DNA from: a virus
Taxonomy: Duplodnaviria; Caudoviricetes
Direction: 5' to 3' (one strand)
DNA: 49,211 nucleotides
Virus record (IMG/VR): IMGVR_UViG_3300002098_001910
Coordinates: 1-49,211 of that record
Part shown: one piece after another, positions 10,501 through 20,139 of the stretch
Layout of the letters: each line of letters begins with the position of its first letter
How positions within the stretch are numbered: position 1 is the first letter of the stretch
Notes under the pieces: model-generated
What the model saw: only the letters and a program-made list of their open reading frames with translations
The model's database searches: none
Told to the model about the DNA's origin: nothing
Position numbers and translations under genes: made by a program

Positions 10501-11181
10501 TTATTTACCCTTCTTTTTTGTTTTAACAATCTCATCAATAATTCCATATTCCAATGCTTGTTCACTATCTAACCACAAATCACGACTAGAATCTTTTTTA
10601 ACTTGTTTGGCATCTTTACCACAGTATTCTCCTAATAATTCAAACAAAGTATTATTAATTTTTGTCCATTCTTTCATACTAATTTCAGCATCTTGAATAT
10701 TACCTACAGCACCACCTGAAGATTGATGTAACATTGTTCTTGAGAATTTTAAAGAACTTCTTTTTCCTTTAGTACCTGCCCCTAACAATACTGAACCCAT
10801 AGAAGCCGCCATTCCTGTATTTACTGTTCTAATATCACATGCAATATAATTCATCACATCAACTATTGATAAACCAGATTTAACTGAACCACCAGGAGAA
10901 TCGATATGCATTGTAATATCAGATTTATCTGTATTATCCAAGAACATTAATTGAGCTTGAACTATTGTTGACATTCTATCGTCAACACCTCCGGCAACCC
11001 ATAGAATGCGGTCACGCATTAACCTCGAAAAGATATCTATTTGTGTTGCTCTCATCTCTCTTTCCTCCAAAATGTATGGAGTCATTGATGATTGTATAAG
11101 ATTGTTGTGATAATGTAAATCTAATGAAGATTTATTTAGATGTTTAACATAGTAATCTTCAAATTCATTATTTATACTCAT
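10501..11181 (-). CDS. clpP: ATP-dependent Clp protease proteolytic subunit
   Basis: DIFSRLMRDRI, DSPGG, GMAASMG (Ser), MLHQ (His), RD.W (Asp), YGIID. Confidence 0.97.
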   Translation of the reverse strand: MSINNEFEDYYVKHLNKSSLDLHYHNNLIQSSMTPYILEEREMRATQIDIFSRLMRDRILWVAGGVDDRMSTIVQAQLMFLDNTDKSDITMHIDSPGGSVKSGLSIVDVMNYIACDIRTVNTGMAASMGSVLLGAGTKGKRSSLKFSRTMLHQSSGGAVGNIQDAEISMKEWTKINNTLFELLGEYCGKDAKQVKKDSSRDLWLDSEQALEYGIIDEIVKTKKKGK

Positions 11182-11229
11182 ATATTATATTTTTACAAAG
11201 ATAATAAATAAATTATAAAAATTACATTT

Positions 11230-12918
11230 TTATCTACTAATAATAAAATTATTTATAACTAAATAATCCAAATTAGTATTTAAGAAAGTTAAAATAGCGT
11301 CTCTTGGTGTTTCAACAATTGGTTCTTCAGGTCCATTAAAACTAGTATTTAATAATACAGGAATTCCTGTCATTTCATAAAATTTTTTTATCAAGTTATA
11401 AAATTTTGGATTACTATCTAATGTTACTGATTGATGTCTGGCAGAATTATCGATATGAGTTACTGAAGGTATTTTATTTCTCCATTCTTCTTTTACCGTA
11501 GTTGTTAATAGCATATATGGAGAATATACATCTGATTCAAAAATATCTTTTTGATGTTCAAATAAAACCGCAGGAGCAAATGGTCGATACCATTCTCTTT
11601 TTTTAATATCATTATTAATATGGTCTTTCATCCAAGATGTAATTGGAGATGCCAATATGGAACGATTACCAAGAGCTCTTGGACCAATTTCAGAACCATC
11701 TTGAAACCATCCAATAACTCTATTTTCAGTTATTTGAAATGTTATATCATTTATAAGTTCGTCAAAATCTTCATATTCTTTAAAATTTAATTGTGTGAAT
11801 TCATTTAATGTTGGTACAACATCTGATTTAGAATAAATCCTTCCAATATATGGATTAAGTGGTTCCACATGACCAATGTCTACCAATTGTTGATATGCAT
11901 ACCATGAACATCCTAAAGGAATTCCACTATCATCTGATGGAGGAATAAAAAAACAATTTTCAAATAAATTAGAATTTAATATTTTTTCGTTCGCATTACA
12001 ATTCAAAAAAGAACCTCCTGCAACACATAAATTGTTTGAACCAGTAATTTCTTTTGCCTTTTTTGCTAAAATTAAAGCTCCGTTTTCTTGTTCTCGTTGA
12101 TAAATTCCTGCGACTCTAGCTTTTGAAAAAAAATCGGATTTCCAATTGATTCTAGGGTATATTTTTTTAAGTGGGATAAAAATATCATTATCTTTTTCGG
12201 TTATATGTTCGGGAACTTTATTCAGGAATTCATCATCGGCAAAAGATGCCAACCCCATGAGTTTTCCTGCTGGCCATGTATGAGTGTTAGGATTATAAAT
12301 TAGTTGAAGACATCCTATACCATAAAAAAATCCGAGAGATGTTGATTCTGAATCTTCAAAAGAAGGTAATTCTGATTCATTTATGATAAAATCTTTTACC
12401 CATTTTTTATAAACTTCTGTATATTCATTTTTTGTGAAATGATAAATAGAAATACCTTCTGACCAATCTTCGTTAGGATTTAAATCTTTTGTATTAATAT
12501 TATCATACCATTTATGTAATTTATTTTTATAATTTAAGATACTACCAGAGGCATCCGCAACAATAACTGCAGATTCTTCAAATCCAGAACTCATAAAAGA
12601 TGAATAAGCATGTGCTAAATGATGAGGTATAAAATATAATATATCTGTTTTTAATCTATTATATACACTAAAAAATTGTTCATCTACATCGTCAATTAAT
12701 TCTGTTGTACTATAAACATAATAGTCAATATTATCATAAGTAATACCTAAAAAATTTAGACAATAATTAATTGAATCAAATGGTATTTTCCCTCCAGAAA
12801 ATGCTCCATCAGATTTTATTCTGGATAATCTTTCTTGTGTAATACCAACAACAACTCTGCCGTCTTCAATTACCACAGCTCCTTTGTGATGACCAACTGA
12901 AAATCCTAAAACTCTCAT
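11230..12918 (-). CDS. Carbamoyltransferase (NodU/CmcH family)
   Basis: ERLSRIK, HHLAHA, GKLMGLA, DDSG..LG, GPRALGNRSILA, KKRE.YRPFAP, LNTSFN. Confidence 0.95.
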   Translation of the reverse strand: MRVLGFSVGHHKGAVVIEDGRVVVGITQERLSRIKSDGAFSGGKIPFDSINYCLNFLGITYDNIDYYVYSTTELIDDVDEQFFSVYNRLKTDILYFIPHHLAHAYSSFMSSGFEESAVIVADASGSILNYKNKLHKWYDNINTKDLNPNEDWSEGISIYHFTKNEYTEVYKKWVKDFIINESELPSFEDSESTSLGFFYGIGCLQLIYNPNTHTWPAGKLMGLASFADDEFLNKVPEHITEKDNDIFIPLKKIYPRINWKSDFFSKARVAGIYQREQENGALILAKKAKEITGSNNLCVAGGSFLNCNANEKILNSNLFENCFFIPPSDDSGIPLGCSWYAYQQLVDIGHVEPLNPYIGRIYSKSDVVPTLNEFTQLNFKEYEDFDELINDITFQITENRVIGWFQDGSEIGPRALGNRSILASPITSWMKDHINNDIKKREWYRPFAPAVLFEHQKDIFESDVYSPYMLLTTTVKEEWRNKIPSVTHIDNSARHQSVTLDSNPKFYNLIKKFYEMTGIPVLLNTSFNGPEEPIVETPRDAILTFLNTNLDYLVINNFIISR

Positions 12919-12924
12919 TATTTT

Positions 12925-13191
12925 TTATTTGGTTTCTGGTTCATCCATATTAACGGAAGTACCATGAGGTAAATCTCCGTCACATTTATAGATATGAATT
13001 TGCTCTTTATATTTAAAGACTATAATTTTTTTCGCATCATCAGGTAATTTGATGTGTTCTTTAACATCCACAACAACACCTTCTTTTTCTTCAAGAATAA
13101 TATTTAACGCTTCTGCAAATAAAAGAGAAGAATTAAAATAATCTTGAATATTATTTTCTAAGTGTTGTTCATCAGAAGATTTAAGTTCCAT
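12925..13191 (-). CDS. Hypothetical protein
   Basis: Packed ORF. Confidence 0.55.
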   Translation of the reverse strand: MELKSSDEQHLENNIQDYFNSSLLFAEALNIILEEKEGVVVDVKEHIKLPDDAKKIIVFKYKEQIHIYKCDGDLPHGTSVNMDEPETK

Positions 13192-13227
13192 TTTTAATTT
13201 TTTATATAAAATGATAACAATAAAAAT

Positions 13228-13716
13228 CTAATAAATAAATGATTTTTGATAATCATTCCATATTTGATGTACATTAATATCTTCGCTAATCAATGTCGGA
13301 ACAAATGGTTTTTGTCTCATAACCATTTTAGCTTCTTCAGGAGTTCTATTTGATTTTTTAAGATTACACTTAAAACAAGATGTAACTAAGTTAGTCCATT
13401 CATTTTTACCCCCTCGTGATTTCGGCATTACATGGTCTAATGTTAAATCTTTTTTATTTCCACAATAAGTACACTCATAATTATCCCTACGATATATGCG
13501 AGACCTATTAACTTTAAGTCCTCTTGTGTTGTATTTGATGTAATTTAATAACCTAATAATAAGGGGTCGAATATATGTCTTATAAGTAGAAATGAGAGGA
13601 TTTTCACCCGATTTTACGACTTCAGCTTTACCTTTATTAACAAGAATAAACCCTTTTCTAAAAGAAGTAATATTTAATGGTGTGTAATCAGAATTTAATA
13701 CTAAAACATCTCTCAT
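13228..13716 (-). CDS. HNH endonuclease (VLVLN-type); start refined to MRDVLVLN
   Basis: RD.Y.C.YCG, LTLDHV.P.SRGG..W.NLV..C..CN..K. Confidence 0.9.
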   Translation of the reverse strand: MRDVLVLNSDYTPLNITSFRKGFILVNKGKAEVVKSGENPLISTYKTYIRPLIIRLLNYIKYNTRGLKVNRSRIYRRDNYECTYCGNKKDLTLDHVMPKSRGGKNEWTNLVTSCFKCNLKKSNRTPEEAKMVMRQKPFVPTLISEDINVHQIWNDYQKSFIY

Positions 13717-13916
13717 TATTATAATTTTATAAAAAAAATAATTAATTAATAAAAATAAAAAAGGGTTCAAATAGAACCCTTTTAAAATATTACAAATCTA
13801 GTAATAGTTTATGGTCCGATATTTTTTACGTATCATCACAACTGAGTTCTCATATTTAATTGTTAATTCCAAAAGACTTTCTACATTTGCCATACATATA
13901 AATATTGTGAAAATAG

Positions 13917-13946
13917 TTTGAAAATCAAATCTTATCACTATATTTG
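13917..13946 (+). promoter_or_regulatory. Bacteroidota-type housekeeping promoter (-33 TTTG / -7 TAnnTTTG)
   Basis: TTTG-N18-TATATTTG, 20 nt upstream of the ORF at 13967. TATATTTG also at 17556 and 25216. Confidence 0.75.
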
Positions 13947-13966
13947 TATCTAAAATATATTGATAT

Positions 13967-14278
13967 ATGATTTATATTCCAACAAAGGTTTCAACTACTA
14001 ATACAAGTTTTCATGGTACAACATTAAAAGCGTCTGCAAATCAATTAATAAATTTAATTGGAGAAATGACTCATCATAAAAAAAGTGGTGATGGGAAAGT
14101 TACTATGCAGTGGGTTAGAGAATTAAATACTGCTGATATATTTACAATTTATGATTGGAAATATTATAGAGATGTTGATATGGATGAAGAAATAATATGG
14201 AATATTGGTGGAAAAAATAAAATAATTACAGACCAAGCAAAAAAAGAAATAATTAAACTAATATATGGCGCATCCTAA
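13967..14278 (+). CDS. Conserved phage hypothetical protein
   Basis: DGKV..QW...FTIYDWK...WNIGG motif. Confidence 0.7.
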   Translation: MIYIPTKVSTTNTSFHGTTLKASANQLINLIGEMTHHKKSGDGKVTMQWVRELNTADIFTIYDWKYYRDVDMDEEIIWNIGGKNKIITDQAKKEIIKLIYGAS

Positions 14279-14618
14279 TTTACATGCAAAATCTTCTGCC
14301 AAAAAATTTGGTGGAAAACCTGAAGATTATATTCATCTTCATGAATGGTTAGATGAAACAAAAGGATGGTTTGGAAATTCATTACATAGAATGTTTAGAC
14401 ATCATAGTGAAGGGATTTTTGAAATGGAAAAAAGATTTGGAACTGAATTTAAAAATAGTGATGGAAAAATAGTTTATACCAGATATGTTGGAGAACAACA
14501 TGTTAAAGAAGATTGTAATAGTTATATTCCATCGGCAAAAGAATGGATAAATAATATTACAACTAATCAACGACCACAATGGATGTTAAAAACAATTAAA
14601 CTTGAATTCGAAGACTGA
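14265..14618 (+). CDS. DUF6915-like protein
   Basis: HP..HA.SSA..FGG..EDY...H.W.D..K, HR..RHH.EG, EQHV.ED. Confidence 0.75.
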   Translation: MAHPNLHAKSSAKKFGGKPEDYIHLHEWLDETKGWFGNSLHRMFRHHSEGIFEMEKRFGTEFKNSDGKIVYTRYVGEQHVKEDCNSYIPSAKEWINNITTNQRPQWMLKTIKLEFED

Positions 14619-14647
14619 TATATTTATTAAACTGATATATTTATTAA
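14614..14647 (+). repeat. 17-bp tandem duplication containing the TATTTAT motif
   Basis: ACTGATATATTTATTAA x2. Confidence 0.85.
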
Positions 14648-14648
14648 T

Positions 14649-15386
14649 ATGAAGAAAAAAAAAGATATTAATTCTACAAACGTATTAACTGTAGACGAAA
14701 AAAAATATTTAAATAGAATTTGTAATTATTTAAATTCTCTTGGAATAAAATATGGTACGATTGAGATTGATATTAATGAACCAGGAATGTTTGATGTTGA
14801 TGATATTAACTGGGATGAGATTAATCATTTTTCAAATAATTATTCTGCGCAAATTCCTGAAGGATTAAAACCAATTTTAATTAAAATTTTTGATTATATA
14901 AAATCTAAAGATTTATATGAAGACGTAGATGAAACGTTATATTATGAAAATATTAGTATTGATATTGATACAGAGTCAAGAGAAATTTCTGTAAATCACA
15001 GATGGGCATTTAATGGTAGAGGAGATGTAGATTCAATTACATATGATTCTCAAGAAGATTCAGTTAAATTCGATGAGTGGAGGAACAATGAATTTGCCAC
15101 CATTAATATACCTAATAATGGTATTTTAACATTAAAATATAATGGTTCTGGTGACTCTGGATATATAGAAGATTATTTTGATGAAATTAACCAAAAGGTT
15201 CCAATTGGTATTGAAAATTGGTGTTATAATGCTTTATCAGATAATTTTGGTGGGTGGGAAATTAATGAAGGTTCCGATGGAGAATTTGTGTTTGATTTTA
15301 ATAATAATGAAGTAACATTAAATCATATTTATAATACTGATGTAGATGAATCTGATACAATCTATGAAGAAAATTTCGCACAATAA
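14649..15386 (+). CDS. DUF6878-like protein
   Basis: YNGSGDSG.I and GWEINEGS.G motifs. Confidence 0.65.
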   Translation: MKKKKDINSTNVLTVDEKKYLNRICNYLNSLGIKYGTIEIDINEPGMFDVDDINWDEINHFSNNYSAQIPEGLKPILIKIFDYIKSKDLYEDVDETLYYENISIDIDTESREISVNHRWAFNGRGDVDSITYDSQEDSVKFDEWRNNEFATINIPNNGILTLKYNGSGDSGYIEDYFDEINQKVPIGIENWCYNALSDNFGGWEINEGSDGEFVFDFNNNEVTLNHIYNTDVDESDTIYEENFAQ

Positions 15387-15459
15387 TTTTTAATTAAATT
15401 TAGATTATTACTAATTTTATTATATTTATAATTAACTAAGTTCCTGAAGACTTATATAT

Positions 15460-15495
15460 AACCCCAAATTACAGAAATGTGTTTGGGGTTTTTTG
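15460..15495 (+). terminator. Intrinsic terminator upstream of mgsA
   Basis: AACCCCAAA...TTTGGGGTT followed by a T run. Confidence 0.7.
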
Positions 15496-15547
15496 TTTTT
15501 ATAATTTATTTTTTGTAATTTTATTGAAATGATAATATCAAATAGTT

Positions 15548-16000
15548 ATGATAAAAAATAAAACAATAGCTCTTATTGCTCACGATAAACGAAAAGCGGA
15601 TATGATAGAGTGGGTGAAGTACAATGCTAAAACAATGTCTGAAAATAAGTTGGTATGTACAGGTACTACAGGAAAATTGGTGGAAGAACTTTTGACCAAT
15701 TATCTTGGAAATAATAAAAATAATTTAAACATCACCAAAACTCTTTCAGGTCCACTTGGAGGAGACGCTCAAATAGCTTCTATGGTAGTAGAGGGTAACA
15801 TAGACTTATGTATATTCTTTATAGATGACTTATCAGCAAACCCACACGAAGCAGATATCATGATGTTACTAAGACAGTGTAGGATACACAATATACCAGT
15901 AGCTTGTAACAGACATTCTGCTGATTTAATGATTACATCTAAACTTTGGGGTACAAAGTATAAGCCAACACCGCAAAAGTACAAGGAATTTCAAAGATAA
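15548..16000 (+). CDS. mgsA: Methylglyoxal synthase
   Basis: IALIAHD..K, TGTTG, SGPLGGD.QI, PHE.DI..LLR, IP.ACN..SAD. Confidence 0.95.
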   Translation: MIKNKTIALIAHDKRKADMIEWVKYNAKTMSENKLVCTGTTGKLVEELLTNYLGNNKNNLNITKTLSGPLGGDAQIASMVVEGNIDLCIFFIDDLSANPHEADIMMLLRQCRIHNIPVACNRHSADLMITSKLWGTKYKPTPQKYKEFQR

Positions 16001-16012
16001 AACTAATGAAAT

Positions 16013-16612
16013 ATGATAGATAATATAAACATAATTAAGCCATTATTGAATTTTACAGACGAAGGTGATTTTTACATGTTATACATTTTTAAGAGAAAGA
16101 AAGACCAACCTGAGGGCGAAAAAGATAATCATCAATCTGTTAGGACAATTAAAACTTATTGTATTGAAAATTTGGATTATCTTGACAATAGGTATGATGA
16201 GATTAAACAACTTTGTGAGATGTTTAATGCAAGAGCTTATATTCATGTTCAAAAACAGAATCATAAGGACGTATCTCTAGAAATGCTTATTGAACTTGCT
16301 AATAGAATTAAATCTGGAGCACACAAGCAACAAAACTTATTTGATTCTGTTGTTGGTCAATTAAAAACACAAGAGAAAAGATGGATTATTGATGTGGATG
16401 ATAAAGATACAAAAGAATTGGTCGGGATTACTGAAGTTATTCACAATGCAAGACCTGAAGGCGATAAATTAGAAGCTTGTCTTCCTACCAAGAATGGATA
16501 TCATTTAATCACAAAAAGGTTTGATGTTCAAATGTTTAGAACTGTGTTTCCTAATATTGATATTCAAAAAAAGAACCCAACTTTATTGTATTTTCCCAAT
16601 AGTTTAAATTAA
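16013..16612 (+). CDS. Putative AEP (primase-polymerase) superfamily protein
   Basis: hhhDhD (WIIDVDD) followed by PTKNGYHL (TxxGxH). Confidence 0.5.
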   Translation: MIDNINIIKPLLNFTDEGDFYMLYIFKRKKDQPEGEKDNHQSVRTIKTYCIENLDYLDNRYDEIKQLCEMFNARAYIHVQKQNHKDVSLEMLIELANRIKSGAHKQQNLFDSVVGQLKTQEKRWIIDVDDKDTKELVGITEVIHNARPEGDKLEACLPTKNGYHLITKRFDVQMFRTVFPNIDIQKKNPTLLYFPNSLN

Positions 16613-16656
16613 AAAGTCGGACATTTCTGTCCGACTTAAAACCTTTTCAAAAAAAA

Positions 16657-16821
16657 TTATTTCTTTTTTGAAACGATAGACCAAATAGCACCACTAAATG
16701 TGACCGCTCCACCCAATAGTTCTTGAACCGTAGTGTCATTAGCATATCCTTTAACTACAAGGATACCACCAATAAATGTAAGTGCATGTCTAACGATACC
16801 TAAAAGTTGTTCTTTTGTCAT
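16657..16821 (-). CDS. Small two-TM protein, putative holin (54 aa)
   Basis: Manual translation MTKEQLLGIVRHALTFIGGILVVKGYANDTTVQELLGGAVTFSGAIWSIVSKKK; TATTTAT motif upstream on the minus strand. Confidence 0.65.
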   Translation of the reverse strand: MTKEQLLGIVRHALTFIGGILVVKGYANDTTVQELLGGAVTFSGAIWSIVSKKK

Positions 16822-16943
16822 TTTTTTTTATTTAAATGGTTTATGGTTATAATAAATATCTTTTTAATATAATAACTTAATGTCTGATATTATATTTAAT
16901 TTATTCAAAAATTTTTTTATTATTTTTATGATATTTATAAGTT

Positions 16944-17522
16944 ATGGAACAAAAAATGACACTAACAAAAGAACAACTGTTTAAAGCTATGAAAATGAAT
17001 GAACAGAAATCTGATGAAAAATCTACATCAGATGTAAATCTATATAAATTGTCAGATAAGATAGTTAAAATTCTTACAGAAAGACTAAAAGATGAATATA
17101 CTGCCCATTATTATTACAGAGCAGCAACAAACTGGTGTAATGATATGAATTATAAAAAAGCAGGAGCATTTTTTGAAAATGAAGCGAATGATGAATTAAA
17201 ACATGCCGAAAGATTACAAAAATATATGACTGATTTTAATATCATTCCTCAAATCCCAACAGCAAAAATTAATCATACATTTAAAGATTTAATTGATGTT
17301 ATTAATGGAGCTTATGAGATGGAATTAGCGTTAATGAAGGCGTATAACAAAGATTCTCAGACAGTATTTTCAGACGATATCACAACTTTTGATGTATTAA
17401 CTAAATTTAGAAAAATACAAAAAGGTGCCGTTGTTGAATATAATGATTTAATTAATGGATATGAATTAATCAATAAAAATGATAAATTCCAAGTATTATA
17501 TTTTGAACAAACATATTTTTAA
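16944..17522 (+). CDS. Ferritin with N-terminal extension
   Basis: E..A...Y, FF...A.DE..HA.RL..Y, A...E ferritin helices. Confidence 0.85.
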   Translation: MEQKMTLTKEQLFKAMKMNEQKSDEKSTSDVNLYKLSDKIVKILTERLKDEYTAHYYYRAATNWCNDMNYKKAGAFFENEANDELKHAERLQKYMTDFNIIPQIPTAKINHTFKDLIDVINGAYEMELALMKAYNKDSQTVFSDDITTFDVLTKFRKIQKGAVVEYNDLINGYELINKNDKFQVLYFEQTYF

Positions 17523-17598
17523 TACAAAAATGTTGACTCAATAAAAAAATTATCATATATTTGTAATATAAATAAGTAATCAAAATAAAAAAACGTTT

Positions 17599-17787
17599 AT
17601 GAAAAAAGTTATTGTTATGTTGTCAATTGTGGCTCTCGCATCATGTGGTGGGGCTTCTACTTCTAGTGAGGTTAAAGATTCAACTGCTGTTGATTCGGTA
17701 GTTGTTAAGGATTCTGTAATTGTTGCTGATTCAGCATCTGTACCTGCAAATGGTGTTAAATCCAAATCTGTAACTCCTGCAAAATAA
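17599..17787 (+). CDS. Small Bacteroidota-style lipoprotein
   Basis: MKK + hydrophobic stretch + LASC lipobox; DS(T/V) repeats; host-type promoter at 17556. Confidence 0.75.
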   Translation: MKKVIVMLSIVALASCGGASTSSEVKDSTAVDSVVVKDSVIVADSASVPANGVKSKSVTPAK

Positions 17788-17864
17788 TTTAATTATTGCA
17801 TAATTAACTCCTCAACTTATTGATAAGTTGGGGATTTTTTATTATGTTTAAATAAACAAAAGTT

Positions 17865-18488
17865 ATGAATATTATTGAAAAATTAAATTGGCGATATGCC
17901 ACTAAAAAATTTGATTCATCTTATAAGTTGAATGAATCTGAGATTGAATTGGTTAAATCCGTTATTCAATTATCACCTGCATCTTATGGTTTGCAACCAT
18001 ATAAAGTTTTGATTGTGACTAATCCTGAAGTTAGAGAAAAACTCAAGGAAGTGTCTTGGAATCAACCACAAATAACTGATTCAAGCGCTTTGTTAGTATT
18101 TGTTAGAAATAAAATTGTTGATGAAAATGAAGTTGATTCTTTTATTGAGAATATTGTTAACACAAGAGGAGTTCAAAAACAAATCTTGGAACAATATGAA
18201 AGTATGATGAAACATGCGGTATCTTCTCAAACTGATGAACAAAAAGGTGTATGGGTTGAAAAACAAGTGTATTTAGCGTTAGGTAATCTATTAACATCAC
18301 TTTCAGTTATTGGTGTTGATTCTTGTCCTATGGAAGGATTTGATAAATCAAAGTATGATGAAATTTTAGGACTAACTGATAAAACAACTGTTGTTGTTTG
18401 TCCAATAGGAAAAAGAGATGAATCGGATGATTATCAACATTACAAAAAAGTTAGAAAATCTACAAATGATTTGTTTGAAACAATCTAA
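17865..18488 (+). CDS. Nitroreductase (NfsB-like flavin reductase)
   Basis: LNWRYATKKFD, SPASYGLQP, NQPQI, DSCPMEGFD. Confidence 0.93.
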   Translation: MNIIEKLNWRYATKKFDSSYKLNESEIELVKSVIQLSPASYGLQPYKVLIVTNPEVREKLKEVSWNQPQITDSSALLVFVRNKIVDENEVDSFIENIVNTRGVQKQILEQYESMMKHAVSSQTDEQKGVWVEKQVYLALGNLLTSLSVIGVDSCPMEGFDKSKYDEILGLTDKTTVVVCPIGKRDESDDYQHYKKVRKSTNDLFETI

Positions 18489-18490
18489 TA

Positions 18491-18518
18491 AAAAAACCCC
18501 TTTTAAGGGGTTTTTTTA
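18491..18518. terminator. Bidirectional terminator
   Basis: AAAAAACCCC-TTTTAA-GGGGTTTTTT between convergent genes. Confidence 0.8.
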
Positions 18519-19739
18519 TTTTAATAATTTTTTAATTTTTTCAATATTTTCATTAACTTTCTTTTTGTATGTTGGACTTAATCTATTTAACCAGTCAACT
18601 GGTTGTTCTTTTTCTGTTGGGGATGCCCATCTTTTTTCTATCACATTACCATCTTTATCATATTTATCCATAAATGGTTTAAAAGGTGATAACAACATTT
18701 GAGCGATAAATCCTCCTGATTCTTTTTTATCTTCATAATTTTCTTTATTATCAGAAAATTTTGAACTTAAAATTTCTTTATTTAAATAAGATGATATGTA
18801 ATCTCTATTCCAACTTGAATCAAACAAAGTAACTTCAACATCAGAATCTGTTTTACCTAAAATAGTTCCTTTATCGACTGATTCTCCATTTCTAACGGAT
18901 ATGTTAGTAATATTACAAAACTGTAAATAAAATGTTTTATTATCTATTTTATGTTTTATCGTAACCTGATTTGTACATCCTGGAGAATACTTTGTATTGT
19001 CAATAATACCTGAAACAGGACTTTTTATTTTTGGATTTTGGTCTTTAGGTATTTTTATAGTACCGTATCTTTGAGAGATATTTTTTCCAAAATCTGAATA
19101 TACTTTTTCTTCTGTTAATCCTAACACATCTTTTCCCAAACTTTTTGCGAGTTCATAATAAGCTCCACCAGATTTAGATGTATCAAACATCTTTGAAGAA
19201 TCATTAGTACTTGTACTAGATGATGATAAGGGACTTTTTAAATTTAACGATTTATCTATATAATCTAGTGGATTAACTAAATTACCATCTTTTCTTAATG
19301 TAAAATGTAAATGTCTACCATCACTTTTACCATGGCCAATATCATTTGGTCCACCACCGCTTACACCAATAATGTCTCCTTGTTTAACTTGTTGACCAGG
19401 CCTAACATTAATTTTTTGCATGTGACAAAATCCTGATTTAAATCCATTAGGATGAGATATGGTTATAGTACCTCCACAATTATCATTTTTAATCTCACCA
19501 ACTTCAACAACTCCATCTGCAGGAGATTTAACATTAGCAGCATCAGCCTTTAAATCAACTCCATTATGTGAAGTTCCCCATCTTTCTCCAAACGGAGAAT
19601 TTACCGAAATACTATCCAATGGGGATACTAAGGTTGCCGCTTCAGTTGTGATATTCTTGTGAAAATCTTTCTTTAAATCAAAAAGAATATCATACGTCTC
19701 GTTTATTTTATTGATTTCGTTCATGATAATAAATATCAA
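18516..19739 (-). CDS. M23 peptidase with a second, degenerate M23 domain
   Basis: HNGVD, FCHM and HLHF in domain 1; domain 2 keeps SPVSG.I/V..G..V.KG but lacks the Zn ligands. Confidence 0.88.
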   Translation of the reverse strand: MIFIIMNEINKINETYDILFDLKKDFHKNITTEAATLVSPLDSISVNSPFGERWGTSHNGVDLKADAANVKSPADGVVEVGEIKNDNCGGTITISHPNGFKSGFCHMQKINVRPGQQVKQGDIIGVSGGGPNDIGHGKSDGRHLHFTLRKDGNLVNPLDYIDKSLNLKSPLSSSSTSTNDSSKMFDTSKSGGAYYELAKSLGKDVLGLTEEKVYSDFGKNISQRYGTIKIPKDQNPKIKSPVSGIIDNTKYSPGCTNQVTIKHKIDNKTFYLQFCNITNISVRNGESVDKGTILGKTDSDVEVTLFDSSWNRDYISSYLNKEILSSKFSDNKENYEDKKESGGFIAQMLLSPFKPFMDKYDKDGNVIEKRWASPTEKEQPVDWLNRLSPTYKKKVNENIEKIKKLLK

Positions 19740-19770
19740 TACAAATAAAAAAAACCGAGAAGAATCTCGG

Positions 19771-20103
19771 TTATCTACTACTTGAGTAGTTTAAGATTTT
19801 TTTATCTGATTTTTTTACAATAGTAGGTGTTGGTTCAATTATCGGTGGAAATATTTCTATATTTTTTATATTAATTTTTTCTTTATTTCTACTGATTCCA
19901 AATTTTATGTATTTATACCAAATTCTTTCATGTAAAAAATAAATTAAAGGTTTAATACATAATTCAATTACTCCCACAGAAGATGAAATTACGAAATTTT
20001 TTGTTAAAATATATGTAATTATTATAGTTTGTAATGTACCTAAAAATCGATATGAAATTGATTTTAAAATATGTCTTTTTATTGATACTTTTTCATTTTT
20101 CAT
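19771..20103 (-). CDS. DUF2061-domain membrane protein
   Basis: R...KSISYR..GT...YF.HER.W. Confidence 0.8.
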   Translation of the reverse strand: MKNEKVSIKRHILKSISYRFLGTLQTIIITYILTKNFVISSSVGVIELCIKPLIYFLHERIWYKYIKFGISRNKEKINIKNIEIFPPIIEPTPTIVKKSDKKILNYSSSR

Positions 20104-20139
20104 AATTAAATAAATGGTGATATTTTATAATAAAAAATA

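Noticed and set aside
13228-13716. HNH as the homing endonuclease of the tmRNA intron
   Set aside because: It is 9 kb away and belongs to the common stand-alone VLVLN-type HNH family; nothing links them.
15431-15465. preQ1 riboswitch upstream of mgsA
   Set aside because: The stem is only 4 bp and the 3' tail cannot form the required pseudoknot.
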